Shown here piece by piece: positions 54,807 through 64,000 of a stretch of DNA of 64,000 nucleotides (positions are counted from its first letter, which is position 1; each line of letters opens with the position of its first letter). The notes below the pieces were generated by a model, which did no database searches, was not told where the DNA came from, and worked only from the letters and a program-made list of their open reading frames with translations. The DNA comes from a virus. Taxonomy: Duplodnaviria; Caudoviricetes. The stretch is from IMG/VR virus record IMGVR_UViG_2858943916_000002, positions 1 through 64,000 of that record; one strand, given 5' to 3'. The position numbers were made by a program, and so were the translations under genes.

Positions 54807-55470
54807 GGATGAGCCCCGAGGATGTGAAAAAGACGCCGGATCCGAAAGGCTGCATCAGCGCCTCATTGAATCCGAAGGTTGTTGGTAGGTCGACCTGCAA
54901 AACGTTGGCCAGGACAGCCGCTGGCTTAGGGATCGCGCCGGACTGGGTCAATATGGCGATCTCGTACGGCTCCAGCGCGAACTCGAACACATATCGGAAC
55001 TCCATGTTCCCGGTATCGGACACGTAACAACGGCCGCGGCCTTCGAAAAGGTTTGAAAGCAGCCGGTTGAGACTGGGCGACGTGCAATCCGAGATATTGG
55101 CCAGTGCCTTGACGAGGATCAGCTTGCGGTAGGCGTCATCGGCAAGACGGTATGTCTGGGTTGCCTGCGCGCCCGTGTAGAAAGGCGCCTGGTTGAAGGG
55201 CTGCCAGCTAATGGCCTCCTCATACCCTAGATAGGTCACATCCCCGGGAACGGTGAGCATGCGCCCGATACCGACGATCCTGCCCCAGATGTCCAGCCCG
55301 AAGCCCTGCGCCGTCTCCACGTTCCAGACGAAGTTGTAGAAGGCGTCGAAATCCGTGTCCGGGTTGATGTAGTCGTCCATGTTGTTGGCCAACTGGACGA
55401 GCGTCGGGCTGTTCGCATACTGGCTGATGAAGGTCCGCGCCACCAGCCCGGGTTTCGGTTGCACGCTCAT
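54796..55470 (-). CDS. baseplate wedge protein (DUF2612-like)
   Basis: SQYANSP; TAQGFGLDIWGRIVG; L.DDAYR.LI..KA..NI. Confidence 0.9.
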   Translation of the reverse strand: MSVQPKPGLVARTFISQYANSPTLVQLANNMDDYINPDTDFDAFYNFVWNVETAQGFGLDIWGRIVGIGRMLTVPGDVTYLGYEEAISWQPFNQAPFYTGAQATQTYRLADDAYRKLILVKALANISDCTSPSLNRLLSNLFEGRGRCYVSDTGNMEFRYVFEFALEPYEIAILTQSGAIPKPAAVLANVLQVDLPTTFGFNEALMQPFGSGVFFTSSGLIHAG

Positions 55471-56675
55471 ACCAAGGTCACCGAGATATCGGCCGCCGAC
55501 ACTGTCGGGCGCCGGTTGATGGGGACGGTCAGGCTCGCCGCCGTCGGCGTCACGTCGCCCAGGAGCAATGAAAGGATCGACACCGACGCACCGAGAAGCG
55601 ACACGGGTGCGTAGAAGCGGCTCGCGTAGATAGTGGAGCCGATCCGCGCGCGCTGGCCGCCATCAGTGCCGTTGAACGCGTCGATGATGGCCTGCTTGGT
55701 CAGGTCCACAATGTTCGACGGCAGCGCCGGATTGTTGGCCAGCTGCACCGCGAATTTCACCGGCAGCGCGGCGGGGGTTTCCCACTTCACCACATAGGAC
55801 GGGTATGGATAGGAATAGCCGTCCCGGTCTTCGACCGTGTAAGACGTGTTGCCGTTGTAGTCCGCGCCGTTGCTCTTCTTGCGCCAGATGGCCAAGGCGA
55901 TATCCGCCGCCTCGCCGCCGACCACCGCCACCCAAATGGAATGCGGCACGAGCGACACCCCGCCGATGGTTTGGGCGATGGACAGGTTGTTCTCCGTCAC
56001 GTAGACGTCGATGACGCCGTCCAAGTTTGCGACGGCGGCGTAGATGGACTGGAGGGAGCTTCGGGCATTGATTGCCACGGATTGGCGCCGGCGCTCTTCG
56101 AACTCTGCCCGTGACTCGACATTGCTGCCCACCGTGCCCGCGCCGGCGTTCAAGACCGAGTCCCAACCCGGGATCGCCTGATAAATCTGGTTCAGTGTGC
56201 CAGCCGCGCAGCTGATCGGTCCGTTGACCGAGCAGGAGAACGGCAGGTCGATGCTGCCCGAGGGTGGGATGGTGCCGGCCTGCGTGCAGAGGTAGATATT
56301 GCCGTCGACCGCCTGCGCGCGAGCGCCCACTGGGATTGTGACGCCCGTCAGCCCCATGCAGGTCGCGATCACGGTGGTGGCCGTGCCAGGCTTGCGGTCC
56401 AGGAAGTAGATGCGGCCGATGGCATCTTGCATCCGGCCAGCGGCGAAGGCCGGGTCCACCTGGTTCACATACGAGGCGAACTCGCTATTCTTGTCCCCGA
56501 TGATCGCCGTGGTGGTGCTGGCCAGCTGGCCCTGGGGCGTCTCCAGGTTCTTGTTCAGGCCGCCACCGAAGGCGCTGTCCATGTCCGCCAGTACGCCGGC
56601 CAGGATCTCGGATTCTTGAGGCAATACGAGGCCTTCCGGCGTGAACTGCACGCGCGGTACTTGGGAGGTAGCCAT
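55467..56675 (-). CDS. baseplate J-like protein
   Basis: TPQGQL; DP..A.GR.QD.IG; GWDSV.N; ES...FE.RR; PHSI.V.V.GG. Confidence 0.9.
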   Translation of the reverse strand: MATSQVPRVQFTPEGLVLPQESEILAGVLADMDSAFGGGLNKNLETPQGQLASTTTAIIGDKNSEFASYVNQVDPAFAAGRMQDAIGRIYFLDRKPGTATTVIATCMGLTGVTIPVGARAQAVDGNIYLCTQAGTIPPSGSIDLPFSCSVNGPISCAAGTLNQIYQAIPGWDSVLNAGAGTVGSNVESRAEFEERRRQSVAINARSSLQSIYAAVANLDGVIDVYVTENNLSIAQTIGGVSLVPHSIWVAVVGGEAADIALAIWRKKSNGADYNGNTSYTVEDRDGYSYPYPSYVVKWETPAALPVKFAVQLANNPALPSNIVDLTKQAIIDAFNGTDGGQRARIGSTIYASRFYAPVSLLGASVSILSLLLGDVTPTAASLTVPINRRPTVSAADISVTLV

Positions 56676-56682
56676 GGGGTCC

Positions 56683-57033
56683 CTAGAAAGTGATGGTCGA
56701 CGTCTTGCCGTTGGTCAGCGTGACTTCGACATAGCCGCTCAGGCGGCGATTCTCGAATGCGGTGATGGCCGGTACGGCGTCTGCCACATCCGGCACGGTC
56801 AAGGCCGCGGCGCGCAGCCATTCGCGCACCAGCGCCAGCGGAGGCAACTGACCCAGCACCTCGGTCCAGTACGGAATGCCCTTGGCGGTGTCATAGAACA
56901 GCTCGCCACGGAACAGCTTGATGGCGCTGGCCACGTCCTGCGCCACGGCGTAGGGGTTCGATGCCATCGCGATGTTGCCGGCCGCATCCAGGACGAGATC
57001 CCACGCGGTCCGGTCCAACAAAAGGGTATTCAT
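56683..57033 (-). CDS. baseplate gp25/W-like protein
   Basis: WDLVLD..GNIA..AQDVA..LF.GE..YD...GIPY. Confidence 0.85.
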   Translation of the reverse strand: MNTLLLDRTAWDLVLDAAGNIAMASNPYAVAQDVASAIKLFRGELFYDTAKGIPYWTEVLGQLPPLALVREWLRAAALTVPDVADAVPAITAFENRRLSGYVEVTLTNGKTSTITF

Positions 57034-57767
57034 CAGTTCGGTGTCCCGGTGTTCGCGGGGCCCGTCTGCACCCCAGGATGGGTGTGCGTCGAGCCAACGT
57101 CCTTGCCGTTGTTGCGCAGCGTGCCGAGCGTTTCCATGTTGCCCTGCCAGGTCGAGGTGCCAGCGTACGAGCCTGCCCCCTGTTGCACAGTGCCATTCAG
57201 CACGATCTGAGGCGAGTTCAGGGCACATCGCTCGCTGGCGTTCACCTCGACGTTTGGCGCCACCACAGTGACCTTGGCAGGCGACACAACGCTGATACCT
57301 TCCTCGGTAAACTGCACATACTGCACCGGCGCGCCGTTGAGCATGCCACCGAAGTAAAGTCCGTCGGCCATGTCGTGCGTTCGCCAGGACGCGGGGTTCG
57401 CCTGCTGCTTGCTGGACTTGACGGCCGATAGGTCTCGGCTAGCAAAGGCCGCCATCCCGATGTCGCCCACCTTTGGATCAAGGATCACGGCATCGGTACC
57501 ACCCTGCAGCCTGAAGTAAGGGAGTTGGAAAAGTCGCCCATGAGGCTCTGCATTTCCATTCCCGTCCAGCTGGTTCACGAGCGGCTGGACATCAACAAGG
57601 CCGACAGGGGAAACGCCGCCGTTGTTCGTGACCGCGATCACGCGCACCAGCGTGCAGGTGTTCAGCCTGTTCAGCATCTGGGCCACCAGGAACGTGAACG
57701 CACCGAAGTCGCCACTACCTTCCGACGCCCTGGCCATCCCTTGATAGCCGAAGTCAGGATTGGCCAT
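57033..57767 (-). CDS. baseplate spike protein (Gp138-like)
   Basis: VDVQPLV..PYFRLQGG..P..GD.G..DRDLS; THTHPGV. Confidence 0.9.
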   Translation of the reverse strand: MANPDFGYQGMARASEGSGDFGAFTFLVAQMLNRLNTCTLVRVIAVTNNGGVSPVGLVDVQPLVNQLDGNGNAEPHGRLFQLPYFRLQGGTDAVILDPKVGDIGMAAFASRDLSAVKSSKQQANPASWRTHDMADGLYFGGMLNGAPVQYVQFTEEGISVVSPAKVTVVAPNVEVNASERCALNSPQIVLNGTVQQGAGSYAGTSTWQGNMETLGTLRNNGKDVGSTHTHPGVQTGPANTGTPN

Positions 57768-58623
57768 TGAAGTCCCTTATGCACATGATTTCCGTGACCC
57801 AGGCACCATTTGGGACCTCGGCCTCGAGAGTGTGAGACAGGCTCACCACCGTCCACTCCCCGTGGGCGGGCTCATTCACGCTGACGACCTGCACCCTCTT
57901 CCCGACGCCCAGACGCGGCTCATACAACAGCCGGACCATGATGCCGCCACCGGTAAACGAGGGGTAGCCGACCATGTTGATCGCTGGATCGATCAGGATT
58001 GCTTCGTTCTGTCGGCTGCCGTCCCACGCCCAAATCGCGAGGATCCCGGCTTCGATCGTGTAGTTGAAACGCGCGGCCTTGGCCAATGCTCGCAGCTGAT
58101 CGACCGCAGTCCCCGGGAAATAGGGGTTGGCAAGGCTCCCCTCCACCCCGCTGGACTCGAACGCCAGCCCCATGCTCGAGGCGATGTCTCTCGCAACGTC
58201 GACGACCTTGGTAGGCGCGCGATAGCTTCTTGGACGAACCAGCTTTAGCGCGTCACTGGCTTGGGCCAAAGCTGTGATGTAGAAAACCACCTCCGGCGCA
58301 GAGTTGTAATCCGCCCAGGCTTGGTCAATCTTGCCCTCGTACACGACAGAAAGCGCCTGATCCGCATCGCCACCTTCCACCAGCACGCGATTTTGCCCGC
58401 GGCGCTGGCTCAGCACTGGGCCGATGGTGGTCAGCTTGTTGATCATCTCCGGCGCCAGGCCGTAGATGCGCATTTGCATCTGCGCCTGCGCGTCGCCGTT
58501 ATACGACACCATCGCCACCTGGACGCGGTACCCCCGCAATGTCACATCGGGGCCCTTTTCGTCGCCAAACTGGCCCTCGCCCAAGCTGATAGTTACATCA
58601 AGGCGGCGTTTAATGAAGCTCAT
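57754..58623 (-). CDS. baseplate hub protein
   Basis: RIYGL..M..L; G.I..AWADY..PE; GMVGYP..F. Confidence 0.85.
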   Translation of the reverse strand: MSFIKRRLDVTISLGEGQFGDEKGPDVTLRGYRVQVAMVSYNGDAQAQMQMRIYGLAPEMINKLTTIGPVLSQRRGQNRVLVEGGDADQALSVVYEGKIDQAWADYNSAPEVVFYITALAQASDALKLVRPRSYRAPTKVVDVARDIASSMGLAFESSGVEGSLANPYFPGTAVDQLRALAKAARFNYTIEAGILAIWAWDGSRQNEAILIDPAINMVGYPSFTGGGIMVRLLYEPRLGVGKRVQVVSVNEPAHGEWTVVSLSHTLEAEVPNGAWVTEIMCIRDFNGQS

Positions 58624-58919
58624 AGGTCCGAAGTCTCGATGTACATCAGCTGAAACCTGCCGCCCAAACCGGCATACCCCGGGTCGTCGCGGCCTTGGGT
58701 GTCAACAAAAGAGAGATCACCCACGAAAGCGGTATACGACTCGCGGACCAGCCGGACACGGTCCCGGCAAAGCACGGCCATAGCGATCGGCTGGTGGTTG
58801 ACCTGAACATCAACAAACAGGCCGGTGGACTTCTGGTAAACCGCCAGTTGGCAGTTTTGGCCGCCAAGCACCACGCTGCAGGTCTGTGCAGGGATGGGTC
58901 GTAAGGGAATCCGCCTCAT
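58620..58919 (-). CDS. small baseplate/tail protein (99 aa)
   Basis: IPL..IPAQ..V.LGGQ.C..Y.F.GDL.FVD..G..DP. Confidence 0.8.
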   Translation of the reverse strand: MRRIPLRPIPAQTCSVVLGGQNCQLAVYQKSTGLFVDVQVNHQPIAMAVLCRDRVRLVRESYTAFVGDLSFVDTQGRDDPGYAGLGGRFQLMYIETSDL

Positions 58920-59587
58920 TGAATTGCTCCATCCAGCGGCGTCGCGTCAATGACAGCGGGGTCGGACACGTCAAAAATCTCCACTGGGGCTGGGTCCGAC
59001 ACGGGAAAGGTCTGGACCTGACCGCTGCTCTCTTCTTCCGTTCCATCCGGTTCAGCAGTCTCCCCGAAATCCGCTGAAGCAGTCACGCGCACCTCTTCGA
59101 CGTAAATGTCGAAGATCAACTGGCTGGGGCCCGTGCGCGGACCACGCTCGTACGAGTAGCCCACGACGTTCGCGGACGGGTACACGATCTCTGGCGTCAC
59201 CACCGAAAGCAATTCGACGCTTGCCTTCAGGCCCTCCAACATCTCGAGCAGCTCCCCCCGCGATGTCATGTCGCCACTGTGAGCAAACCGAAGAGCGACG
59301 TCGAACGGTGTGTCCACCTTGTTGAAGGATGAAAACGAGCCCTGCTCGACGGGGAAGCTGGAGATGCGCGACCCGTTTCGGAATCGGATGCCGAGGAAGG
59401 TATCGAAGATCACCGCGGCGATTCCGTTCTGGTTGTATAGGCCCCATCTCGGCACACCGAAGATCAGGGCCGCCAGCGCGCCCAAACCGAGGTTCGCCAG
59501 CTCAGACACCGACGGAATGGTCAGGTCGCGCAATACCGCCGGAACCCCAGGAACCTGGGGCACGTTAGGAAAGGGAATCAGCGGCAT
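58916..59587 (-). CDS. Dit-like tail/baseplate protein
   Basis: PVEQGSF.S.NKV..P; L..V.TP...Y. Confidence 0.8.
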   Translation of the reverse strand: MPLIPFPNVPQVPGVPAVLRDLTIPSVSELANLGLGALAALIFGVPRWGLYNQNGIAAVIFDTFLGIRFRNGSRISSFPVEQGSFSSFNKVDTPFDVALRFAHSGDMTSRGELLEMLEGLKASVELLSVVTPEIVYPSANVVGYSYERGPRTGPSQLIFDIYVEEVRVTASADFGETAEPDGTEEESSGQVQTFPVSDPAPVEIFDVSDPAVIDATPLDGAIQ

Positions 59588-61227
59588 CAGAAGGCCCCAG
59601 TATTTGCTTGGCTCACCAGATTTTGGCTACCGCCCAACGCGCCCAACTCTCGAGCCAGGCTACGCCCATCAGTTGCCTGGGTATGAACCGTCACAGGCCC
59701 GTTGATGTTGACTTCGTGGTTGTTTTCGGTGTTCAGCGGCAGAGGCTTGGCCGCCGGCTGCGCCAACGGTTGGGCGGCCTGGGCCATGTTCACCGCGCCC
59801 AGCGCGCTGTTTGCGGTCAGGCCTTCTTTGACTCGAGCCAGGTAGTTGATGGTTTCAGTGGCCGAAGGCGAGCCACCAGCTTGCACCGCGCGCGCCTGCT
59901 TGATACCGCCGTTGTATTCGGTAATCGCCGCATCGACATTGCCGTTGTAGCGCTTCAGCAGGTCGACAAAATAGCGCCCAGCCGCATCGATCGAATCGTA
60001 GGGATTGGTGATTTCCCCCTTCCCATACTGCTCCCAGGTGCCAGGCATGAACTGCATGACGCCCTTGGCGCCGGCCGGCGAGACCTGGTCGCTATTGCTC
60101 CTTTCGCCCTGGTTCTTGATGGCGTTCAGGAGCCCTGGCGGTAGCCCATTCTCTTGCTCGACCTTCGTCGCGTACTCGTTCAGCTTGGGATCGTCGTACC
60201 GCATCCCATCGCTGCCACCCTTAGGCTTCAGCCAGGACGGGGTGATGGCGTCCTTCGCGGCATCCATCGACGCCTTGACGGGATCGCTCGAGCTATTGAT
60301 CTTGTCGCGGACATCCTTAGGCACCAGCTTCTCGATCAGCGAGGTGAGAGCCTTCAGCAGTTGCTCGAACCCGGATACGAAGCTCTTAACCCCGTCGTTG
60401 ATGGCGCCGCGGTTGCGGATGATCCAGTCGCCCAGCTCGATCAGCTTTTCGACGATGAAGTCGAACGCCGGCATCATCGCTGTCAGCACGTTCACGCCCA
60501 CGCTAGACAGCTTGTTCATTGCTGTGTCGTATTTCTGGCGCAGTTGCTCGGCACGATCCGACGCAGCGGCGAGTTCCCCGGCCGCCCCGGACTGCTCACG
60601 ACGCCGCCGCGCAATCCCCTCCGGGCCTTCCTTGTACAGGTTGAATTGCTGGGGATCCAACCCCATCATATTTGCGGCCAGCGCAGCGCGCGAGCGGTCG
60701 GTCTTGTACAGATCCTGGACGATCTTGGTACGAGCCAAGAGGTATGTGTTTCCGTCCTTCAGGTCTTCGACCTTGCCACCAAACTGGAAGAAGGCTGCAG
60801 CCGTTTCCGGAGCCATGCCCCGCTGGAATTTGGCGACCTGGTCGGCGGACTCTCTGAGCTGATTCGTGATCCCCTCGACGGAGCCGCCGGCGTTCTTTGC
60901 GGCGAGCTGCCATTCGGCCAGATCCTTGGCGCTCATGTTCAGATTGCCAGAAAGGCGCGCCAGGCTCGCCGTCGACTCCACCGTGCTGGACACGAAGTTC
61001 TTGATGCCCATGCCAGCGGTGAACACCGCCAACAGCGCCAGAGCCTCGTTGCGTACCTTGCTGAAGAACATGGCCGCCTGCTTTCCGCGCGCCTCCATAT
61101 CCCGAGCCGTTCGTGCCGTCTCTTCACGGGTGTGCTTCAACGATTCATCGGTCTCAGCGGATCCGCGCTTGAACGCCTTGGCATCCAGGCCCAGAGTGAC
61201 AACCAGGGCGTCAATTACGGTGGCCAT
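59587..61227 (-). CDS. tape measure protein with lytic transglycosylase (SLT) domain (546 aa)
   Basis: MATVIDALVVTLGLD; SPAGAKGVMQFMPGT..NP..S..AA.RY..YNGG. Confidence 0.92.
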   Translation of the reverse strand: MATVIDALVVTLGLDAKAFKRGSAETDESLKHTREETARTARDMEARGKQAAMFFSKVRNEALALLAVFTAGMGIKNFVSSTVESTASLARLSGNLNMSAKDLAEWQLAAKNAGGSVEGITNQLRESADQVAKFQRGMAPETAAAFFQFGGKVEDLKDGNTYLLARTKIVQDLYKTDRSRAALAANMMGLDPQQFNLYKEGPEGIARRRREQSGAAGELAAASDRAEQLRQKYDTAMNKLSSVGVNVLTAMMPAFDFIVEKLIELGDWIIRNRGAINDGVKSFVSGFEQLLKALTSLIEKLVPKDVRDKINSSSDPVKASMDAAKDAITPSWLKPKGGSDGMRYDDPKLNEYATKVEQENGLPPGLLNAIKNQGERSNSDQVSPAGAKGVMQFMPGTWEQYGKGEITNPYDSIDAAGRYFVDLLKRYNGNVDAAITEYNGGIKQARAVQAGGSPSATETINYLARVKEGLTANSALGAVNMAQAAQPLAQPAAKPLPLNTENNHEVNINGPVTVHTQATDGRSLARELGALGGSQNLVSQANTGAF

Positions 61228-61228
61228 G

Positions 61229-61465
61229 CTATTTTCTCGCGTTCGCTATCGCTTCTTGGTTGTGCGCGTCGACCGCGAACACCTCAAGCAGGTTGTAGAG
61301 GTCCTCGGCACCGTAGACCGTCTGCAAATCGCGCAGCAGGCTCGGGTGCCGAGAGATCACCGCCCCGATGTTGGGTGGAATGTTTCCGTACCTGATCAGC
61401 CGCGGGCCGCCGCCGTGCCAGGCTTGGAGCCCGAAGTCGATTTGGCGGCGGCCATAGAAAAATCC
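61229..61465 (-). CDS. post-frameshift segment of tail assembly chaperone
   Basis: hand-translated -1 frame open from GGATTTT to TAG 61229-61231; L.DLQTVY..EDLYNLLEV. Confidence 0.7.
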   Translation of the reverse strand, partial: GFFYGRRQIDFGLQAWHGGGPRLIRYGNIPPNIGAVISRHPSLLRDLQTVYGAEDLYNLLEVFAVDAHNQEAIANARK

Positions 61466-61833
61466 ATGTGCAGCCCCAGCACGTGCTTGCGCAGGGTCAG
61501 AAGTGTCGCCACCTCCTCGATGTCATCGGCAATCAAGCGCCGCGTCACCTTGGCGCTCGGCTGTATTTCTACGCACTCCATCATCTTGTCCAGCAATGGC
61601 TTGGCGCTTTCGTAAGGCAGCTTGGTCAGGGCGGTCATGCCCAAGGCGGCAACGCCGGCAAGGCCGGACTGCGCGATGTTCTCGGGGATCTGCACCCCGG
61701 CGTTCATCAGGGCGAAAAGAGCGCGCCCCGCCCAGTCCTCGGCCTCATAGGCAGAGAGCTCGGTCAACACGAACACCTTGCCCTGGTCGCGCCCTTCGGC
61801 GCTGATGGTCACGGTTTCCTGTCTGCGCGCCAT
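61396..61833 (-). CDS. tail assembly chaperone (G-like)
   Basis: GRD.GK.F..TE..A..AE.WA.RAL; DIEEV.TL..LRK. Confidence 0.85.
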   Translation of the reverse strand: MARRQETVTISAEGRDQGKVFVLTELSAYEAEDWAGRALFALMNAGVQIPENIAQSGLAGVAALGMTALTKLPYESAKPLLDKMMECVEIQPSAKVTRRLIADDIEEVATLLTLRKHVLGLHMDFSMAAAKSTSGSKPGTAAARG

Positions 61834-61834
61834 A

Positions 61835-62266
61835 TCACACCAGTGCCGGAGAGACGTTCTGCCAGGTGATCTGGAACGTCATAGGTTGAAGGATGGAGCG
61901 GGCCGTGGGCACCATCGGCGCCTGGGTCAGCACCCCGCGCTGCAGCGTGTACTTGCGCTCGATAGAGGGGATTGCGAGGGTTCCATTCGAGTAGAAGACC
62001 TCTCGCGAAGTCTTCATCGCGGCCATCCAGGCCTCGAAAATGAACTTCGAGGGGGAATCCGCCTGGATAGAGATCGTCTGCACGACCGGCTGCGGCGTGA
62101 AGCCGGCCGACATGTAACCATCCACACCCATCACAGCCTGTGCGAGCTGCACCGCCTCGAATGCGAAGGCGTCGTCGGTGGCATAACCCTCGATCTTCTG
62201 CGGCACAGGGAAGACGAGGCCGACGCCCAGCATCAGGACGGAATTGGCACTGGTCAAAGTGGTCAT
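61835..62266 (-). CDS. tail tube protein
   Basis: TSAN..L..G..GY..DDAF..MGVDG..SAG..QADSPS. Confidence 0.88.
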   Translation of the reverse strand: MTTLTSANSVLMLGVGLVFPVPQKIEGYATDDAFAFEAVQLAQAVMGVDGYMSAGFTPQPVVQTISIQADSPSKFIFEAWMAAMKTSREVFYSNGTLAIPSIERKYTLQRGVLTQAPMVPTARSILQPMTFQITWQNVSPALV

Positions 62267-62278
62267 GGTGTATAGCCC

Positions 62279-63757
62279 TTACAGGACGGCCAGAGAGGCC
62301 AGGGTGATCTGCTGGACGGAACCGCCATCCATGTACCAGAACGTCATGGGCGGCGTGCCGCGCGCTTCGCGCACCTGCGGCGTGGCGTCCTTGATCTGCA
62401 GGTACCAGCCGCGGGTCTGGAGCGTTTCGGAGATATCCACGCCGGCCTGGTTGTTCACCTGGGCCTTCTGCTGCGCGGACAGCGTCACACCGGCACGGAT
62501 GGAGCCGAAGTTCACGCCCGCGTTGATGGGATCCAGGCAGGCGGCATCGATCAGCGTGTACCCGTCCAGGTTGTACGGGATCGAGTTCACCTGCGTGAGC
62601 AGCGTCATCAGCGCCTGCTGGAACGCAGCGTTCTGCCAGATCTGGTTCACATAGGTGTCGATCCACTTCCAGTTGCCGCTGATCTGCCCGGGGTAGAAAA
62701 AGCGGAACTGGTCGTTGCTGGTCGCATAGTCGCCGTAGAAGTTGTAACCGTTGTCGATCAGCGTCTGCGCGGTCGTGGCGTCGGTCACCGAGAACGTCAG
62801 GCCAGACTGGCCCTTGAATGCCAGTGTGATCCGGCCGTTCGTGCGCTCGAAGTCGATCGACGCCACGGCGCCCAGGACGAAAGCCGCATGCTGGATGTCC
62901 TTGTAGACCGGCACCGAGCCCGAATATTCGTTCGCCGCTATGCGCGCGGCCCAGCTGGTGGTACTGCCCTGCTGCGCGGCCGCCACGTCGGTATCCCAGC
63001 CCACATAGGCGAAGCGATTGGCTCGGCTGTTCGTCCAAGCCGAGAATGCGACCTTGCCATCCGTGTCCGGCTCGAACGTGGTCATGAACGACGCCCAGTT
63101 CTGGGTGATGTCCGTGATCGCACTCATGTTCGTGGCCGGCACACCCGCGACTGCGCCTTGCGACAACACCGCACCGGTAGCCTGCGTCAGCTTCAGGCCG
63201 GCCGCGATCGTGCCGCTGCCGTAGCTGATGGTGCTTGCCGCGCCGTCGGTGGCCGAGGTGATCACGAAGCCGGCGCGCTGGGCGTCATAGGTGCAGGAGG
63301 CACCGAACGACGTGAAAGCCGCCTGGATGATCGAGGCCGCGTTCGAGAAGCTGGTAGCCCCCGACAGCGTGATGGTGCTGGAGGTCTTGGCCACACCGTC
63401 AACGGTCACGGTCAGCACGCCCGTCAGGGCCTGCAATTGCGCCAACGTGGTCGAAGCCATCGAGCCGCCGCGCAGATAGCCGGCGACGGCCTCGGTCGGA
63501 TACTGGGCGAACAGCACGTTGCCCGGCTTGCGCGTCGAGTTGTCGAAGCCGTTGAAGTAGATGCCGGCCAGCGTCGCCTCGGTGGACGTGGCGCCGAAGA
63601 AACGCTCCACATCGCGCGCCGTGGCGAAGCTTTGGACAGTGCCGACCGGCACAGCCGTATCGGTGGTGAGGATCAGGCCGTTCAGGTCGAGCGCCGATCC
63701 GCCGGCGCCGATCACGCCAGGGACGACCTGGACGATTTCACTGGCGGGAATGGACAT
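62279..63757 (-). CDS. tail sheath protein (DUF3383-like)
   Basis: [13 protein letters not shown]; NGYNFYG; W.DTYVNQIW; IPYN..G; WYMDGGS. Confidence 0.92.
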   Translation of the reverse strand: MSIPASEIVQVVPGVIGAGGSALDLNGLILTTDTAVPVGTVQSFATARDVERFFGATSTEATLAGIYFNGFDNSTRKPGNVLFAQYPTEAVAGYLRGGSMASTTLAQLQALTGVLTVTVDGVAKTSSTITLSGATSFSNAASIIQAAFTSFGASCTYDAQRAGFVITSATDGAASTISYGSGTIAAGLKLTQATGAVLSQGAVAGVPATNMSAITDITQNWASFMTTFEPDTDGKVAFSAWTNSRANRFAYVGWDTDVAAAQQGSTTSWAARIAANEYSGSVPVYKDIQHAAFVLGAVASIDFERTNGRITLAFKGQSGLTFSVTDATTAQTLIDNGYNFYGDYATSNDQFRFFYPGQISGNWKWIDTYVNQIWQNAAFQQALMTLLTQVNSIPYNLDGYTLIDAACLDPINAGVNFGSIRAGVTLSAQQKAQVNNQAGVDISETLQTRGWYLQIKDATPQVREARGTPPMTFWYMDGGSVQQITLASLAVL

Positions 63758-63761
63758 AGCT

Positions 63762-64000
63762 TTAAGCTCCCGGAGGGTAGGTAGTGTCGACCTCGACGAA
63801 GTCAACGTGGAGTTCGTCCGCAAACTGCTGCGGCACGGTGATGGATGGGTTGAACTGCAGGACCGCGTCGACTGACCAGCGCTCCAGGTACTGATCCTCG
63901 CCGGTGATGAACGGCAGTTGCCGCGGCTCACCGGTGTAGAGCGGCTGCGCGCCGCTCGCCTTCAATGCATCGCAGCCATAGGAGCTGCGCAGCGCGATAC
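63762..64000 (-). CDS. neck / tail terminator protein, C-terminal part
   Basis: PLY...P.Q.PF..GE.QY..RW...LQ.NP. Confidence 0.75.
   Translation of the reverse strand, partial: IALRSSYGCDALKASGAQPLYTGEPRQLPFITGEDQYLERWSVDAVLQFNPSITVPQQFADELHVDFVEVDTTYPPGA

Larger units (their letters stand above)
50694..64000 (-). mobile_element. prophage 2 (contractile tail), integrated in tRNA(CAT); continues beyond the window
   Basis: att fragment followed by lysis, fibre, baseplate, tape measure, tube and sheath genes. Confidence 0.93.

Overview
GC-rich betaproteobacterial DNA (Achromobacter/Bordetella-like by inference) holding two unrelated temperate myovirus prophages separated by about 4.7 kb of host-like DNA. 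Prophage 1 (structural to integrase genes 5.8-45.9 kb; left end probably outside the window) reads: IS21 right end, immI-like antirepressor module, GmrSD-type nuclease, lysis, contractile tail, head, terminase, putAbiC moron, Q, O with iterons, defence-like island (EVE/PUA-HNH, Cas2-like, unknowns), cro/cI with TTACC-N4-GGTAA operators, YqaJ/RecT, ParB-like, xis, int. Next come an acyltransferase-3, a GT9 and a GT4 gene. A 47-bp 3' tRNA(CAT) fragment marks the att end of prophage 2, whose lysis and tail modules fill the rest of the window. Main observation: from cro to Q (38708 down to 31469) the minus strand is an unbroken relay of 11 stop/start-overlapping ORFs. One of these is a 1019-codon frame, overlapped (ATGA) at both ends, that runs antisense through the inserted defence island; a similar relay crosses a moron in the leftward early operon. 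Second observation: a stand-alone 58-aa ORF resembles the C-terminal domain of the non-cleavable CI. All protein calls are from motif recognition by eye; no searches were run.
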